Assembly (NCBI RefSeq): GCF_006345805.1
Contig: NW_021833034.1
Span: 24,754 to 88,753, forward strand
Direction of reading: 5' to 3'
DNA: 64,000 nucleotides
Source: Octopus sinensis
Lineage: Eukaryota
Shown: piece after piece, positions 12,960-25,544 of the stretch
Position numbering within the stretch: position 1 is the stretch's first letter
Layout: each line of letters starts with the position of its first letter
Made by a program: the position numbers and the translations under genes
Notes under the pieces: generated by a model
The model's database searches: none
Seen by the model: only the letters and a program-made list of their open reading frames with translations
What the model was told of the DNA's origin: nothing

Positions 12960-15650
12960 TACAAGTGTTGTCTTCCCTGTCTTTAATAACTATATCTGGT
13001 CTATTTGCCTAGATTGTTCTGTCAGTGATGACAGGAAAATCTCAGAGGATAGTGACATTTTTACCTTCAACAACTGGCTCAGGATAATGTTCATGTGAGT
13101 AAGCAGGAGTGATGATTTTGTAGTGTTTACATATTTTCCAATGTAAATACTGTCCTACCTTATCATGGCAATTTTTGTAATTCATAGGTGTAATCACAGG
13201 GCATATTAAAACAAAATGGTCGATTGTTCATCAAATGTATTGCAGAATGTGCATTTAGGGTCAGAACCAATTTGAAGAATGTTAGCCTGGTAGGTTTTGG
13301 TAAGCAAGCTTTGGTCTTGAGCTGCTAATATGAAACATTCAGTCTCTGTTTTCAGTCTTTACATTATCATTATTATTATTATTAATATTATTATTATTAT
13401 TATTATTATTACCATTATTATTAATTATTACCATTATTATTATTATCATTATTATTATTATTATTATTGTATTATTATTATTATTGTTATTCCTTCGTAA
13501 CACAGTGTAGGTAAAAATGCACTGGAGTCTTTAGTCATCTGTCAAGTCACAACAAGGACCTCAGACGGATAATACTTTCCTTAAGATGTGCGCTGTGCCC
13601 AGATAGGCTGCTTTTGTAAGACATCACAATCTTGCAAAGGATTTCCAGTTGCCTTAAGAAGTTTTGAAGTTTCAATGGGATTGAACCCAGCATTCTGATC
13701 ACCACTGTATCACTTTAACATTACCCTCTCACTTTCCATACAGTCTTGCCATTTCCACTTTCAATTCGGAGTATTTGGTGATTTTTTCAACCTCTTCTCT
13801 CACGACATTCATGTCATTTGGTATGGCTACATCAATGATCTGACAGTATTTGTCTCACTTTCTCAATATGACAATATTATTATTGTTGTTGTCATCGTCG
13901 TCATCGTTATGATTATCATTATCATTATTATTATTATCATTATTATTTATGGGTTTTTCTTCTTCTTTCAAATTTGCTTCCATTTCTTGTCGAGTGTCTT
14001 CCCGACTCCTAGGGCAAAGAAACTCATAGTATACATTGGTAGGCCATTAAACTAAACTTACTAGTTCGTTCATTTTTTTTTCGATAGAAATAAAGTTAAA
14101 TTAAAATACATGGGTAGTAATAGTTCTCACATCGACAATGCTCTTCTCAATACGTGTGATGTACCAGTTAAGACAATCTTTTGCACTTCTTGCAGGGATG
14201 GTAAGCCAGGGATCATTCATAAATAATTTTCGGTTCCCTTCTTGATCATCCTAGTGCTCCTACGGTCACTGGTATTGTAACTGCCTTGAGATGCCACATT
14301 TTCTCAATTTCAATGAGCAGGTCTTTATATTTTCTGAGCTTGTCAAATTCTTTCGCCGAGATATTATGATCACAGGGGATGCTCATGTCGATCAATAAGC
14401 AAACTTTATTGTTTTGGTCTTTCACAACAATATCTGGTTTATTGGCCTTGATGGTTCGGTCTGTATGTACTGGAAAGTCCCGCAGAATCGTTACATTTTC
14501 TCCTTCAGTTACAGCTTCAGGGTGGTGATTATACCACTTGTCGGCAGTTTTGATATTGCAATGCCGACTTATTAGCCAGTGTAGATATTGGCCAACTCTG
14601 TCATGTCTTAATTTATACTCCACTGGTGCTAAGACTTTACATCCAGAGATTAGGTGGTCCACTGTTCAATCATGACGTTGCAGAATCAGCATTTGGGTCT
14701 GCTCCATTTTTCATCACATTGGCCTGGTAGTTCCGGGTTAATAGGCTTTGATCTTGAGCAGCCAGGATGAAACCTTCGCTCTCTGCTTTTAGCCCTGAGC
14801 TCCGTAGCCACTGATGAGTTTGCTTCTGGTCAACATCAGCTTGTTTGCTACGGGCCACATATTTGCCATGCAGAGGTTTCTCCTCCCACCTATCAGCCAA
14901 TTGCTCGTGCGCTTTTTTCGTTGCCATATTTCACCTTCTTTGCAACAATAGTTGCCGTACTTCCCTCGGGTTGTTCAGTTTGGGTATCCTGCACAAGATC
15001 AATAGCAAATTTTTCGCTTTCCTTATGATAGAATGAAGCTTCTTTCGTATCTCGTGATTTTCCACGAGCTTTAGCATCCAGTCATTCGTTATTTTGAGAT
15101 ATTTGGCCAGTCCAATTGTGGTTGTTTTGTAAGCTAGTTCAAATTGAATCAGGCCTCGACCTCCTTGGGCTCTGGGAAGGTAAAGGCGATCTACGTCTGC
15201 CTTTGGTGGTGCATCCTATTAAACTCAGCAGCTTGCGTATTTTCCTATCTATATTCTTTACTTCACTCATATCCAGTTCAACACATTGTAGCTATAAGTA
15301 ACAACTGGAACTGCTAAGGAATTTATAGCTAACACCTTGTTACGTGCATTTAGTTCAGATTTCAGGACTGCACGAACTCTCTATAACATTCCTTCCTGAT
15401 CTTCTCTTTCATGCTTGCATTCTGAATACCAGAGCCTTCATTTATCCCTAAATATTTGTAGGTTTGTTCTTGCTCAGGCTCTCTTTAGGGATAGTTCCCA
15501 ATGCACCTATAACTACTGGAATAGATTTTACCCGCACTTTCCATAGTCTCTGTAATTCAGTGGTTGGGTCCTGGTACTTTGCTATTTTTTTCTAAACCAT
15601 TTATATTGACTTTCTCATCATTTGGGACTGTAAAGTCAATTATCTGGCTT
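12960..15650 (-). mobile_element. Cluster of R4/Dong-like RLE non-LTR retrotransposon 3' fragments with (TAT)n arrays
   Basis: KPLHGKY..AAQDQSLLTRNY..DHLISGC..RHDRVG..ANKPDIVV..LIDMSIP..KYKDL gives a CCHC knuckle plus PD-(D/E)xK endonuclease. At least 3-4 separate fragments, separated by TAT/CAT repeats. Confidence 0.8.
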
Positions 15651-15659
15651 TTGTATCCT

Positions 15660-17597
15660 TGTTTGCAGATACACTATTTTAACAAACAGGAGAGTAAATA
15701 TATTCACAGAGGTTAACTTTCAACTCCCAGCATACAAGACTCCAAATGCCTTCTGTTGTCAATGAAGTACGTTGCTCTTTTGTAAGAGTCCAATGAGTCT
15801 ACTTTCAATTTCACAGCATTCAAGCATAATTGCTACCAACGTCGCCTTACTGGCACCTGTGCCGGTGGCATGTGTAAAAAGATTCGAGCGAGATCATTGC
15901 CAGTACCGCCTGACTGGCCCCCATGCCGGTGGCACGTAAAAAGCACCCACTACACTCACGGAGTGGTTGGCATTAGGAAGGGCATCCAGCTGTAGAAACA
16001 CTGTCAGATCAGGATTGAAGCCTGGTGCAGCCATCTGGTTCAGCAGGCCTCAGTCAAAATCATCCAACCCATGCTAGCATGGAAAGCGGACGTTAAACGA
16101 TGATGATGATGATGATGTTGCTGTCTGTCACCGCAACATCTCCTCCTTTGAGATTGACTTCTGTTGGGAAAATATTTTTTTCCATATCACATCTTCCATT
16201 TCGAGATTTACTTTCCCCAACAGATTAATATTTAATTCGTTTTGGAACACTGCCTCCAACAATTCTGTATGTTTTCTTTTTCTTGTACTGGTATGCTTTA
16301 TTTCAATGATTTCTTACAGAATCAGCTCATCAAATATCTCTTGGAGAACTTCCATGGGTACTTCTTTCCTTGTAACCCTTTCTTCAGCAAACCTTCTTTT
16401 CAGCTGATTCAGGTGTTTTTTTATGTTGTTCCCATTTAGAATCTCACTTCATGTACATAATTTTACAGATCCATTTTATTATTTCACCATCTTCTCCGAC
16501 CTTCTTTTCCATTTCTGTACACTCTGAAAAACTCCTGATCACCACTTATTGAATACTTCATTGTATTTTTAGCGTTTTCCCTAGTTTTTATTTTTCTGCT
16601 GGGTAATAATTTCTCAAAAACTGACCTAACTTTTCTTATGAACATCAGTTTAGCAGGCGACATGCTTGAAGGGGTTTTTGTGTTTGGCGTTACACAGTAA
16701 ACTCTCAGGAATTGTTACAATGCTACATCATCCACTACCTCATTTATAGATTTCCTTAACACCCTTCTAATGTGTTCACAAAATGTTCAGCTTGTCCGTT
16801 TAATCTTGGGTGATACAGAGGAGTAGTGATATATTCAATTGAGAACACTTGCAAAAATTCTTAAATTTATTTGCCATGAACTGTGTACCATATCTTGCTA
16901 AAAGTTCAAGTGGAAAATCCACTCTTACTGTGGAGGTTAGTTTTTCTACACATTTCTGGTCATTTTGTAAAACTATCTATCACTATTAGATAATATGATC
17001 TGCTTAGTACTCCTGTGTAGTCTAGGCCATGGAATATTGGTTTTGGGCCAGGGTTGAAATTTGGTAGATGGTGATTTTTGCTGTAGAGCTCAACCTCTGT
17101 GAATACCAGCCTCTCAATATCTAGGTCCATTTTCAGCTAGTAAATATAACTCCCCAAAAGTGACTTCATCCTAGAAATTCCTGGATGTCCAGTGTGGAAT
17201 TCCTTTAACATTCGATTGTAGTGAGACAGGCATTACAACTCTCGGTGCCACCCAAAAGTACATTGTCACGTATCAAAATGGACTTCAAACGGTGTCAAGT
17301 CCAACCACATGCATTTTTTTATTTGTTTCTTCTGATCGTTTGTTTTTTTTTACTTTCATGATAAAGTCGTCTCTTTCTGCCTAATTTTTATTTCCTCCAG
17401 TGTGACAGGCAATTCACATACAACGTTGCACAAATCCATTTTTTATTTCATGATCATCTCTTAATGCCACTATCACTGTGTTTTCTAGTGGTTCACTGTA
17501 TGTTGGTATTGTCCTTGACAAACCTTCTGCATGCCCCAATCTTTTAAATGGTAAATACTCCATCTGAATAAGCTTGCAGTTATAAGACACGCCAATA
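15660..17597 (-). mobile_element. Gypsy integrase-PPT-3' LTR, inverted relative to the 5' half
   Basis: MEYLPFKRLGHAEGLSR (RNaseH end), KEFHTGHPGISRMKS (integrase Zn finger), and PPT AAAGGAGGAGA at 16149-16139 followed by TGTTGCGG at 16138. The LTR body at 15820-15740 matches 7305-7375 in reverse. Confidence 0.8.
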
Positions 17598-17599
17598 TG

Positions 17600-20580
17600 C
17601 ATGATAAAGAACCACTTCATAATCTCTCAAATACAACCCAGAATAGAAAACAAATTAAAATTGGAAACTATGTAACAAAGGAAATTATTCAAGAACTAAA
17701 ACCAGATTTCACTGAATTAAATGAAATGATTTATGCAGCTGCTAAGACAATTGAAAGCAGTTGTATGCCTCTGAGAAAAGTCAAGAAATACAAACCTGAG
17801 AAGAATTCCAAACTGGAAAGGTAAAATTGAAAAAGAGATTGAAATAAAGAGAAATGAAATATCAATATTGAATGAACTAATTTGTGGAAACGATGTAAGA
17901 AAAATGAAGAGAAAACAGATTCTCACCAAGAGAAGAACTGCTTTCAGCAAAAGAAACACTGCAACAAAAGAATCCAAGCAAATGAAGATTTGAAAAAAAA
18001 ACAGATTTTACATAGAAAATAAGCTGTTCACATCCAATGTGAAAACATTCTACAGAGAAATAGGCAAAGACGGAATAATCATTGAAGACCTCCACTGCCA
18101 TGGGAGAAGTTGAAGACTTCTGGAAAAATATCGGGAATGATGAAAAGAGTTACAATTGAAATGCTGACTGGATCAGACACACAGAGGGATCCTAGCAAAA
18201 TTTATCAGAACAAGCAAGGGAAGATCACAATAGCAGACCTAAGGATGACACTCACGAAGGACCATAAGTGGAAATCCCCTGGTAATGAAAAGGTGCCAAA
18301 TTTTTGGCTCGCCTTGTTCCTGTGTGCACATGGAAAGTTAGTCCAGTTATTCAATGAAATAATGAGAGATCCTGCGAAAACACCCGACTGGTTAGCAAGA
18401 GGTATTACTTACCTACACCTGAAGAATAATGGAACCAACTTTCCCCAAGACTATCCACCCATGACATATCTATCTGCCACGTATAAAATTTTAACATCCA
18501 TCCTCATGGAGAAAAACATACAAATTTATGGAACAGAATGATATTTTCCCCACTGAACAAAAAGGTGCCGACAAGGCTCATATGGATGCAAAGACCAACT
18601 CTTAATGAATAGCATGGCCCTTGAGGAACTGTCATAGCAAATGCAGAAATCTCAGTTCTGCATGGATTGATTATCAAAAAAGGCCTTTGACAGCATGCTG
18701 CATTCATGGATCTTGAAATCGCTGGATATCTTCCAAATTTCTCTTGTGATTTCACATTTCCTGAGGCACAACATGTCAATGTGGAATACAAATCTCCAAT
18801 TATACCACTCTGATGGAGTTCTGACCACAAAAAATATTAATATCAACTGTGGCATTTTCCACTTTCATCCTTAATTTTATTCATAGCCCTAATGAACTTA
18901 ACAGAACAGGGTATGGATATAAAATTGGCAAGAGGAAAACAAGTCATCTGTTTTATGTGGATGACTTAAAACTTTATGGCAAAGACGATAATGAGCTTGA
19001 AGGACTACTACGTACTGTGAAAGCATTTAGTGATGACCTTGGGATGGAATTTGGTTGATAAATGTGCCAGGGTCACTTTCCAGAAAGGAAACTGAAGACC
19101 TCACATTCAGTGGAGTTGGATGTTGACACAGTCATAGAGAACTCAAGCAAGAAGAAACTTACAAATACCTCGGAATAAATGAGGGTTCTGGCATTCAGCA
19201 TGCAAGAATGAAAGAGAAGGAATGGTAAAGGTGAGTTCAAGCAGTCCTAAAATCCGAGTTAAATGCACGTAACAAGGTGTTAGCAATAAATTCCTTAACA
19301 GTTCTGGTTGTTATTTACAGTTTCAATGTATTCAACTGGAATATGAGTGAAATAAGGAAGATTGACGGGAAAATCCTTGAGTTTCTGAGTTGCAAAAAGA
19401 GGCACCAACCAAAGGCAGATGCAGATCGTCTTTACCTACCCAGAGCTCAAGGAGGTCGAGGCTTGGTTTGATTTGAAACCTCCTACAAAACCATCACAAC
19501 TGGACTGGCCAAATATCTTGAAACATCTAATGAATGGATGCTAAATCTCATTGAAATTGGAAGTGCAACAACTGTAGCTGCAAAGAAGGTGAAATGAATA
19601 GCAAAGCAAAATGCGCTTGAACAATTGGATGATGGGTGGGAACAAAATCCTCTGCATGGCAAATATGTGGCCCGTAGCAAACAAGCTGATGTATACCAGA
19701 AGCACAGCCATCAGTGTCTAGGGAGCTCAGAGCTTAAAGGCAGAGAGAGAGAAGGCTTTATCTTGGCTACCCAAGATCAGAACTTATTGTCCTGGGACTG
19801 TCAAGCCAATGTGATGAAAAATGGAGCAGACCCAAAGTGCTGATACTGCAACAATGATATAGAAATAGTGGACCACCTACTCTCTGGATGTAAGGTTTTA
19901 GCACCTGTATAGTATAAATCAAGGTATTGCAGATAATGTGTTGGCATTATAAAATGAAAAGTGCTGACAAATGGTACAAGCACCACCCTGAGGCTGTTAG
20001 AGAGGGGAAAATGTAACGATTCTTTGGGACTTCCCAGTATGTACAGATGTGACCATCAAGGCAAATAAACCAGAGTAATTGTTGTGAAAGACCAAAACAA
20101 TAAAGTCTGTTTATTGATTGATGTGAGTGTATTTTGTGTCTATGATGTCTCGGCAAAACAATTTGATAAACTCAGAAAATATAAAGATCTGCTGATTGAA
20201 ATCGAAAAGATGTGGCATCTCAAGATGGTTACAATACCAGTGACTGTAGGAGCACTTGGAATGATCAAAAAAGGAACTGAAAATTATTTATGAATGATCC
20301 CTGGATTACCATCCAGGCAGGAAGTGCTAAAGATTGTCTTAACTGGTAACTGGTCACACGTATTGAGAAGAGCATCGTTGCTGTGAATTTTCTTTCCTTT
20401 TTCCCTTTTATTTTCTTTGTTTACTTTTCGTATTTTTTTACTTTTTCTCTGTCATATGACTTTGTAAATGAATGAGTTAGCGTGTATATTTTAATTGCCT
20501 ACCGATGTATACTGTGTGTTTCTCTGCCCTAGGTGTCAGGAAGGCACTCGGCAAGAAATGGAAACAGAACTGAAAGATGA
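17600..20580 (+). mobile_element. R4/Dong-like RLE retrotransposon, decayed, near full RT-RLE
   Basis: WKSPGNEKVPNFW, SHLFYVDDLKLYG, KADADRLYLPRAQGGRGL, NPLHGKY, LIDVSV..KYKDL..IPVTVGALG. Confidence 0.85.
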
Positions 20581-20685
20581 TGATGGAAATAACAACAACA
20601 ACAATAAAATTGATAATAATCAGAGGTGTTTAACACAGACATGACAAAGCACAATGATATTCATATTAATGAACAAATTGTTTAC

Positions 20686-20737
20686 CTTTTGAATGAAATC
20701 CTTCATTTTTCTCTCTATTTAGATATTCAGTAAATAG
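20686..20737 (-). CDS. PARP14: Macro-PARP exon D (last helix of macrodomain module 1)
   Basis: Acceptor ttttttcacag, donor gtaaac, 52 nt, phase 0->1, LFTEYLNREKNEGFHSK. Continues VVYPQDTEIAK of exon C and is a paralog of exon D'. Confidence 0.75.
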
Positions 20738-20819
20738 CTGTGAAAAAAAAAATAACAATCAATCATTTTTATGTTTAATTTTTTTGTCATTTTATAAAGA
20801 GAAGAAAAGAGAAAAAGCA

Positions 20820-22010
20820 AAATCAAAGGAAGGTTAATGGGGAAGATAGTTTTTGTGTGTGGCAAATGCTCAGGGGCATTAAACACTGAAAAATGTACAG
20901 AAAACAGCTTCTGTCACATTTCGTTAACTAGGTGACCAAGTTAGTAGCAGTGGTGGATGCTCTGAGGGCATAGCTGCTAGAATAGGAATAACCTGGGCAA
21001 GTTCTTATCTCTACTGGTAACAAAGGGCCTCTCACTCAGAGTGAAAGGTAGATTGTATGATACATGTGGGTGAACAGCCATGCTACATGGCAGTGAAACA
21101 TGAGCCATGACTGCTGAGGACATGCATAAGCTTGCAAGAAATGAAGCCAGTATGCTCCGATGGATGTGTAATGTCAGTGTGCATACACAACAGAGTGTAA
21201 GCGCCCTGAGAGAAAAGTTGGATTTAAGAAGCATAAGATGTGATGTGCAAGAGACGACAGCACTGGTATGGCCATGTGTTGCGAATTGTTGAGGAGAGCT
21301 GTGTGAAGAAGTGTCACACCCTAGCAGTTGAAGGAACCTGTTGAAGATGTAGACCCAGGAAGACCTGAGATGAGGTGGTGAAGCATAACCTTTGAACAAT
21401 GGGCCCCACAGAGGCAATGATGAGCAACGGAGACCTTTGGAGATATGCTGTGCTTGAGAAAACTCAGTAAGCCAAGTGAGACCATAACCATGGCCTGTGC
21501 CAGTGTAGAATAACCAGCCCATTTAAGAGTACCCTTCAATCATTAGCCAATAAACTGCACTTGAGGAGACCTGCTGAGACAAGTGAAGTCGTTGTCATGG
21601 CCAATGATAGTACCACCTGATTGGCACCCGTGCTGGTGGATTGTAAAAAACTCCATTCAAGCTTGGTCAGTGTCAGTACTGTCTAACTGATCCCGTGCCG
21701 GTGATACATAAAAAGAAAACATTCGAGTAGAATCATTACTTGTGCCGCCTGACTTGTCCCATGCTGGTGGCATGTAAAAAGCACCATTCAAGCGTGGCTG
21801 ATGCCAGTATCGCTCGACTTGCCCTCGTGCAGGTGGCACATAAAAAGCACCCACAACACTCTCAGAGTGGTTGGCATTAGCAAGAGCATCCGGCTGTATA
21901 AACATTACCAGATCAGATTGGAGCCTGGTGCAGCCATCTGGTTCGCCAGACCTCAGTCAAATCGTCCAACCCATGACAGCATGTAAAGTGGACGTTAAAC
22001 GATGATGATA
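20820..22010 (+). mobile_element. RTE 3' portion inserted beside exon D
   Basis: MTAEDMHKLARNEASMLRWMC, ~55-bp tandem units in the 3' UTR and a (GAT)n tail. Absent from the paralogous site at ~39240. Confidence 0.8.
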
Positions 22011-22019
22011 ATAATTTTT

Positions 22020-22612
22020 TAAACAGAAAAGATTTAATTTAACAAAAGACAAACAAAATATTTAAAATATTTAATGATTTATTTCTAATCAGTAATAAGT
22101 AAATGAGGAAAATTACTTTTATCACTCAGATCAAAGATATTCCATCCATGGCCTTCCAGTCTACTGGGAGACATGGTATTATAGTGGATGTGGCAGAGAG
22201 ACCTCTCACATGGCCACTGATGTGGTGTTAGTGAAGTTAAACATGTGGCCATGGTGTCTTCATGTAGCTGAAGTTGTATTGTTTCTTCTCTCCACTCACC
22301 ATTCTGATTAAAACTGCTGAGTCTTGTGTTTGCTGTTGAAATGTCTATCAAGAATGTTGAAGTTGAGGTTCTTTGGTGCATCTTGTGTCCCCAAGAATAT
22401 TTGCAGCACAAAAGCAGAGTACAAGGTTATTATTTTCATATTGTAAGCAAGAAGGAGGAGGTGGAGGAGGTCCAACAATTAGGGTCATGGTCATTCATAA
22501 GAGAGATGACAAAGGAAAAGAGAAAAGATTCAAAAAGAAAGAACTTCACAAACAGTTCTACAGTGGACAGGAATTTCCCCTATTTCTTCATTACAGCGTA
22601 TGGACATAAAGA
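22020..22612 (+). repeat. Second duplicated intron block, paralogous to ~39236-39824
   Basis: Near-identical ~590 bp; ORFs 22085/39341 and 22373/39538 share peptide strings. Confidence 0.9.
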
Positions 22613-22619
22613 AAGCAGT

Positions 22620-25290
22620 AGATAAGAATTGTGTAGGTTGTCCACATTTCCATATAGTCAGCTGCACAGACTACAAATTTGTAACTTGTACACTTGACTC
22701 AGGTAAGACAAATAGGCCAGGTCTCGGTTAGTGGAAGCTGACTGCGTCATTCACAGCACGCCAGGCTTACAGGGACTAGATTAGCACATTAGTTAAGAGG
22801 GCATCGATGGGTGCCATTATCAACAACAGATGGTAGTATGCTCTAAAGAAAGCAATTAAAAAGCTGAATCGGTTAGGTACAGTAAGGCCCTAGCATTAGA
22901 CCAAAATAGAATAGAGGGAGACCTAGTTAAGAATTTAGAAGAGGCACTTAGAACTGGCATTGTGTCCAATGTACTGGGAGCGAGGTTGGCCCTCGACCAA
23001 CACCTAAATGCCAAACACAAAGAACACATTGACCAGAGCTAGGATGCATGCTCTGAGGAAGGAGTTGGAGCCACCCGAAAGGCCTAAGTGGCAGAGGCGC
23101 AACGAGGCAACAGAGCCACCATTAGGTCACTTACAAATGAACAGGAGTGCGAATTACTCGAGCCTGAATGAATGTGTGAAGCCTTTCAACAACACTTTGC
23201 CTGACTGTTTGGGACAACTGGTGGGTCAGAATGCAGAGTGGACTTTAGTGCCTACCTGCTTGCCCTGCCACGAGTCTCAGCAAGAGAGGCAGAGTGTTGT
23301 GAAAGACCCATCACAGCCGTGGACATATGGGATGCGATGGCAGGCTGCACGAGAGACAAGTCACCAGGCGTGGATGGTCTGCCCTACGAACTTTATTGTC
23401 ATATGCCAGACTTGTTTAAAGGCATCTTGGCAGCAGTCTACTGCAACTGGCAGCAAAACGGAAGTATCCCCATCTTTGTAAAGTGAGGAGCAGTGAAACT
23501 GCTAAAGAAAGATTCAAACAAGGGAGACGACATAGATTACTTCAGGCCCATCACTCTGCTCAACGCAGATTTGAAAATAGTCGACAAGATGCAATATGCA
23601 CCATGCCAGGTCGGAGTATCCATGACAACCTCCATCTGATGCGCTACATCATAGACAGGGTAGTTAAGGATCCTGGCATGGGTGGGGCGCTGATCAATTT
23701 GGATCAATCAAAACCCTTCGATAGGGTAGATCATCACTACTTGGAGGCTGTCCTTAAAGCAGCTGGTTTTGGTCCCACCTTCTGTAATTGGATCACTGCC
23801 TTATACAGCGGCATCAGCCTGGTAGTTCGCGTAAATGGTCATCTATCCAAACCATTTAACATCATGCATTTGGTTCATCAAGGATGCCCCCTCTCGTAGC
23901 TCTTGAGTCACTACTGCGGAAGCTGGTGATGCTGAGGGGCATCCCATGAGAGCTGGGATGCAGGAGAAGTGTGTCTGCATATGCGGACAACATCACCATC
24001 ATAGTGTCGAGCCACAAGCACATCGATCTGGTCGGCAAGACACTAAAACAATACAAAGTGGTAACGGGAGCAAAAATTTACTGGGAAAAGTCAGTGGGTT
24101 TGCAGCTTGGCACCTGGAGAAGCAAGCCCATGCCGTCCAACAGCGTCTCCATCATGGGACACTGGACCGATTAAATTGCTCATTGTCTGGTTCAGTCCGG
24201 ACCTCCAAATGGAGAAGAACTGGGGTGAAAGAATGACTAGGGTGACCACTCTCACCCAGCAATGGGCTGAGAGGAAGCTATCCCTAAAAGATCAGGTGGA
24301 GGTGGCGAATGCATACATCACATCCATCATCGAGTACCGTCTGACCATTGTACCTTGTCTCGACCCTACCATCACCAAACTGGAATGCATATTCTTCCAC
24401 TTCCTGTGAAAGGGAAGCGTTCTAATGGTTAGGCGATCCATTTGCTGTCAACACCTGCTAAATAAAGGGCAAAGCATGCTGTGGTTGATGATTTGTAGAC
24501 ATGCACTGAGACTGTGACATCTCTGGCACTTCATAGATGACCGTGAACAGGTGTGGTCGCCGTTTGTGCGGCACACTTTTCCACAGCTCATCTCCTTGGC
24601 CGAACTACAGTCGTGGATCAAACAGAGACCGAGGCTAGACGAATGGCACCACAAGTGTCGCTTTGCTCTAAAGCAACTCTGCTGTGCGACTTCATTACAA
24701 AAAAGGTGTTCTATAGAGGATTAGTGAAGGAGAGGTGCGACAACGTTTTTAGGCAGAATCTGGGCATCGACAAGGAACATCTGACCCACCTATTCAGGAC
24801 AACTTTCAGGCTGGGACCTATGGACAATCACCAAAGATTGCTGACCTGGCAGTGCTATTGAGAAGCATAACCTGTTCGGGATAAGCTCTACAGGCACGGT
24901 TCGAGATACACCAGGCCAACTTGCCCAGATGCGGTCAGAGCAATGAAAGCATTCTGCACACACTAGTGCAGTGTCCAACCGTTTTGGACCTGTGGGCTTA
25001 TACTGAACGGCTGCTGTCACATGTGGGACGAGTTCACCTGTCAGCTAAGTCTATCGTGACAATTGCTCTTCCACCTTCCCTCAACTGGGGAGGCAAGGCA
25101 ATCTTCATCGTACTGGTGGCCATGGTGAAAGAATGTGTGTGGTGGACTCAAGCAAAAGGATTAGAGACAACACTTACCTCTCTGGCCAATCGCTCATCAC
25201 TTTTACAAGTGCCACTTGAAAAGGAAGGTGAGAATGGAAAGGCGGGTTTTGTCTCGTGAAACTTTCAAAAAAAGGTGGGAGAATGTTTCA
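22620..25290 (+). mobile_element. Tx1/L1-clade LINE ORF2 (decayed, 5'-truncated)
   Basis: KSPGVDGLPYELY, GRSIHDNLHLMR, LINLDQSKPFDRVDH, QGCPLS, SAYADNIT and a C-terminal CPRCG..ESILHTLVQC knuckle. Confidence 0.85.
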
Positions 25291-25544
25291 GTCATTGTTA
25301 CTTGTTTCAGTCATTAGACTACAGCCTTGCTGGAGCAATACCTTGAAGAATTTTTACATGAACTAATTGATCTTTTAAGACAGATGCTTGTTTTAACATG
25401 TCATTTGCCAGACATCTAAGTTATGGGGACTTAAACAAACCAACATGGGTTCTTGAGTGGTGTATTCTGGGACTGACACAGCCACAAAGACACACATACA
25501 CACTTGTGTATATGTATGATGATGATTATCATGATCATGATGAT

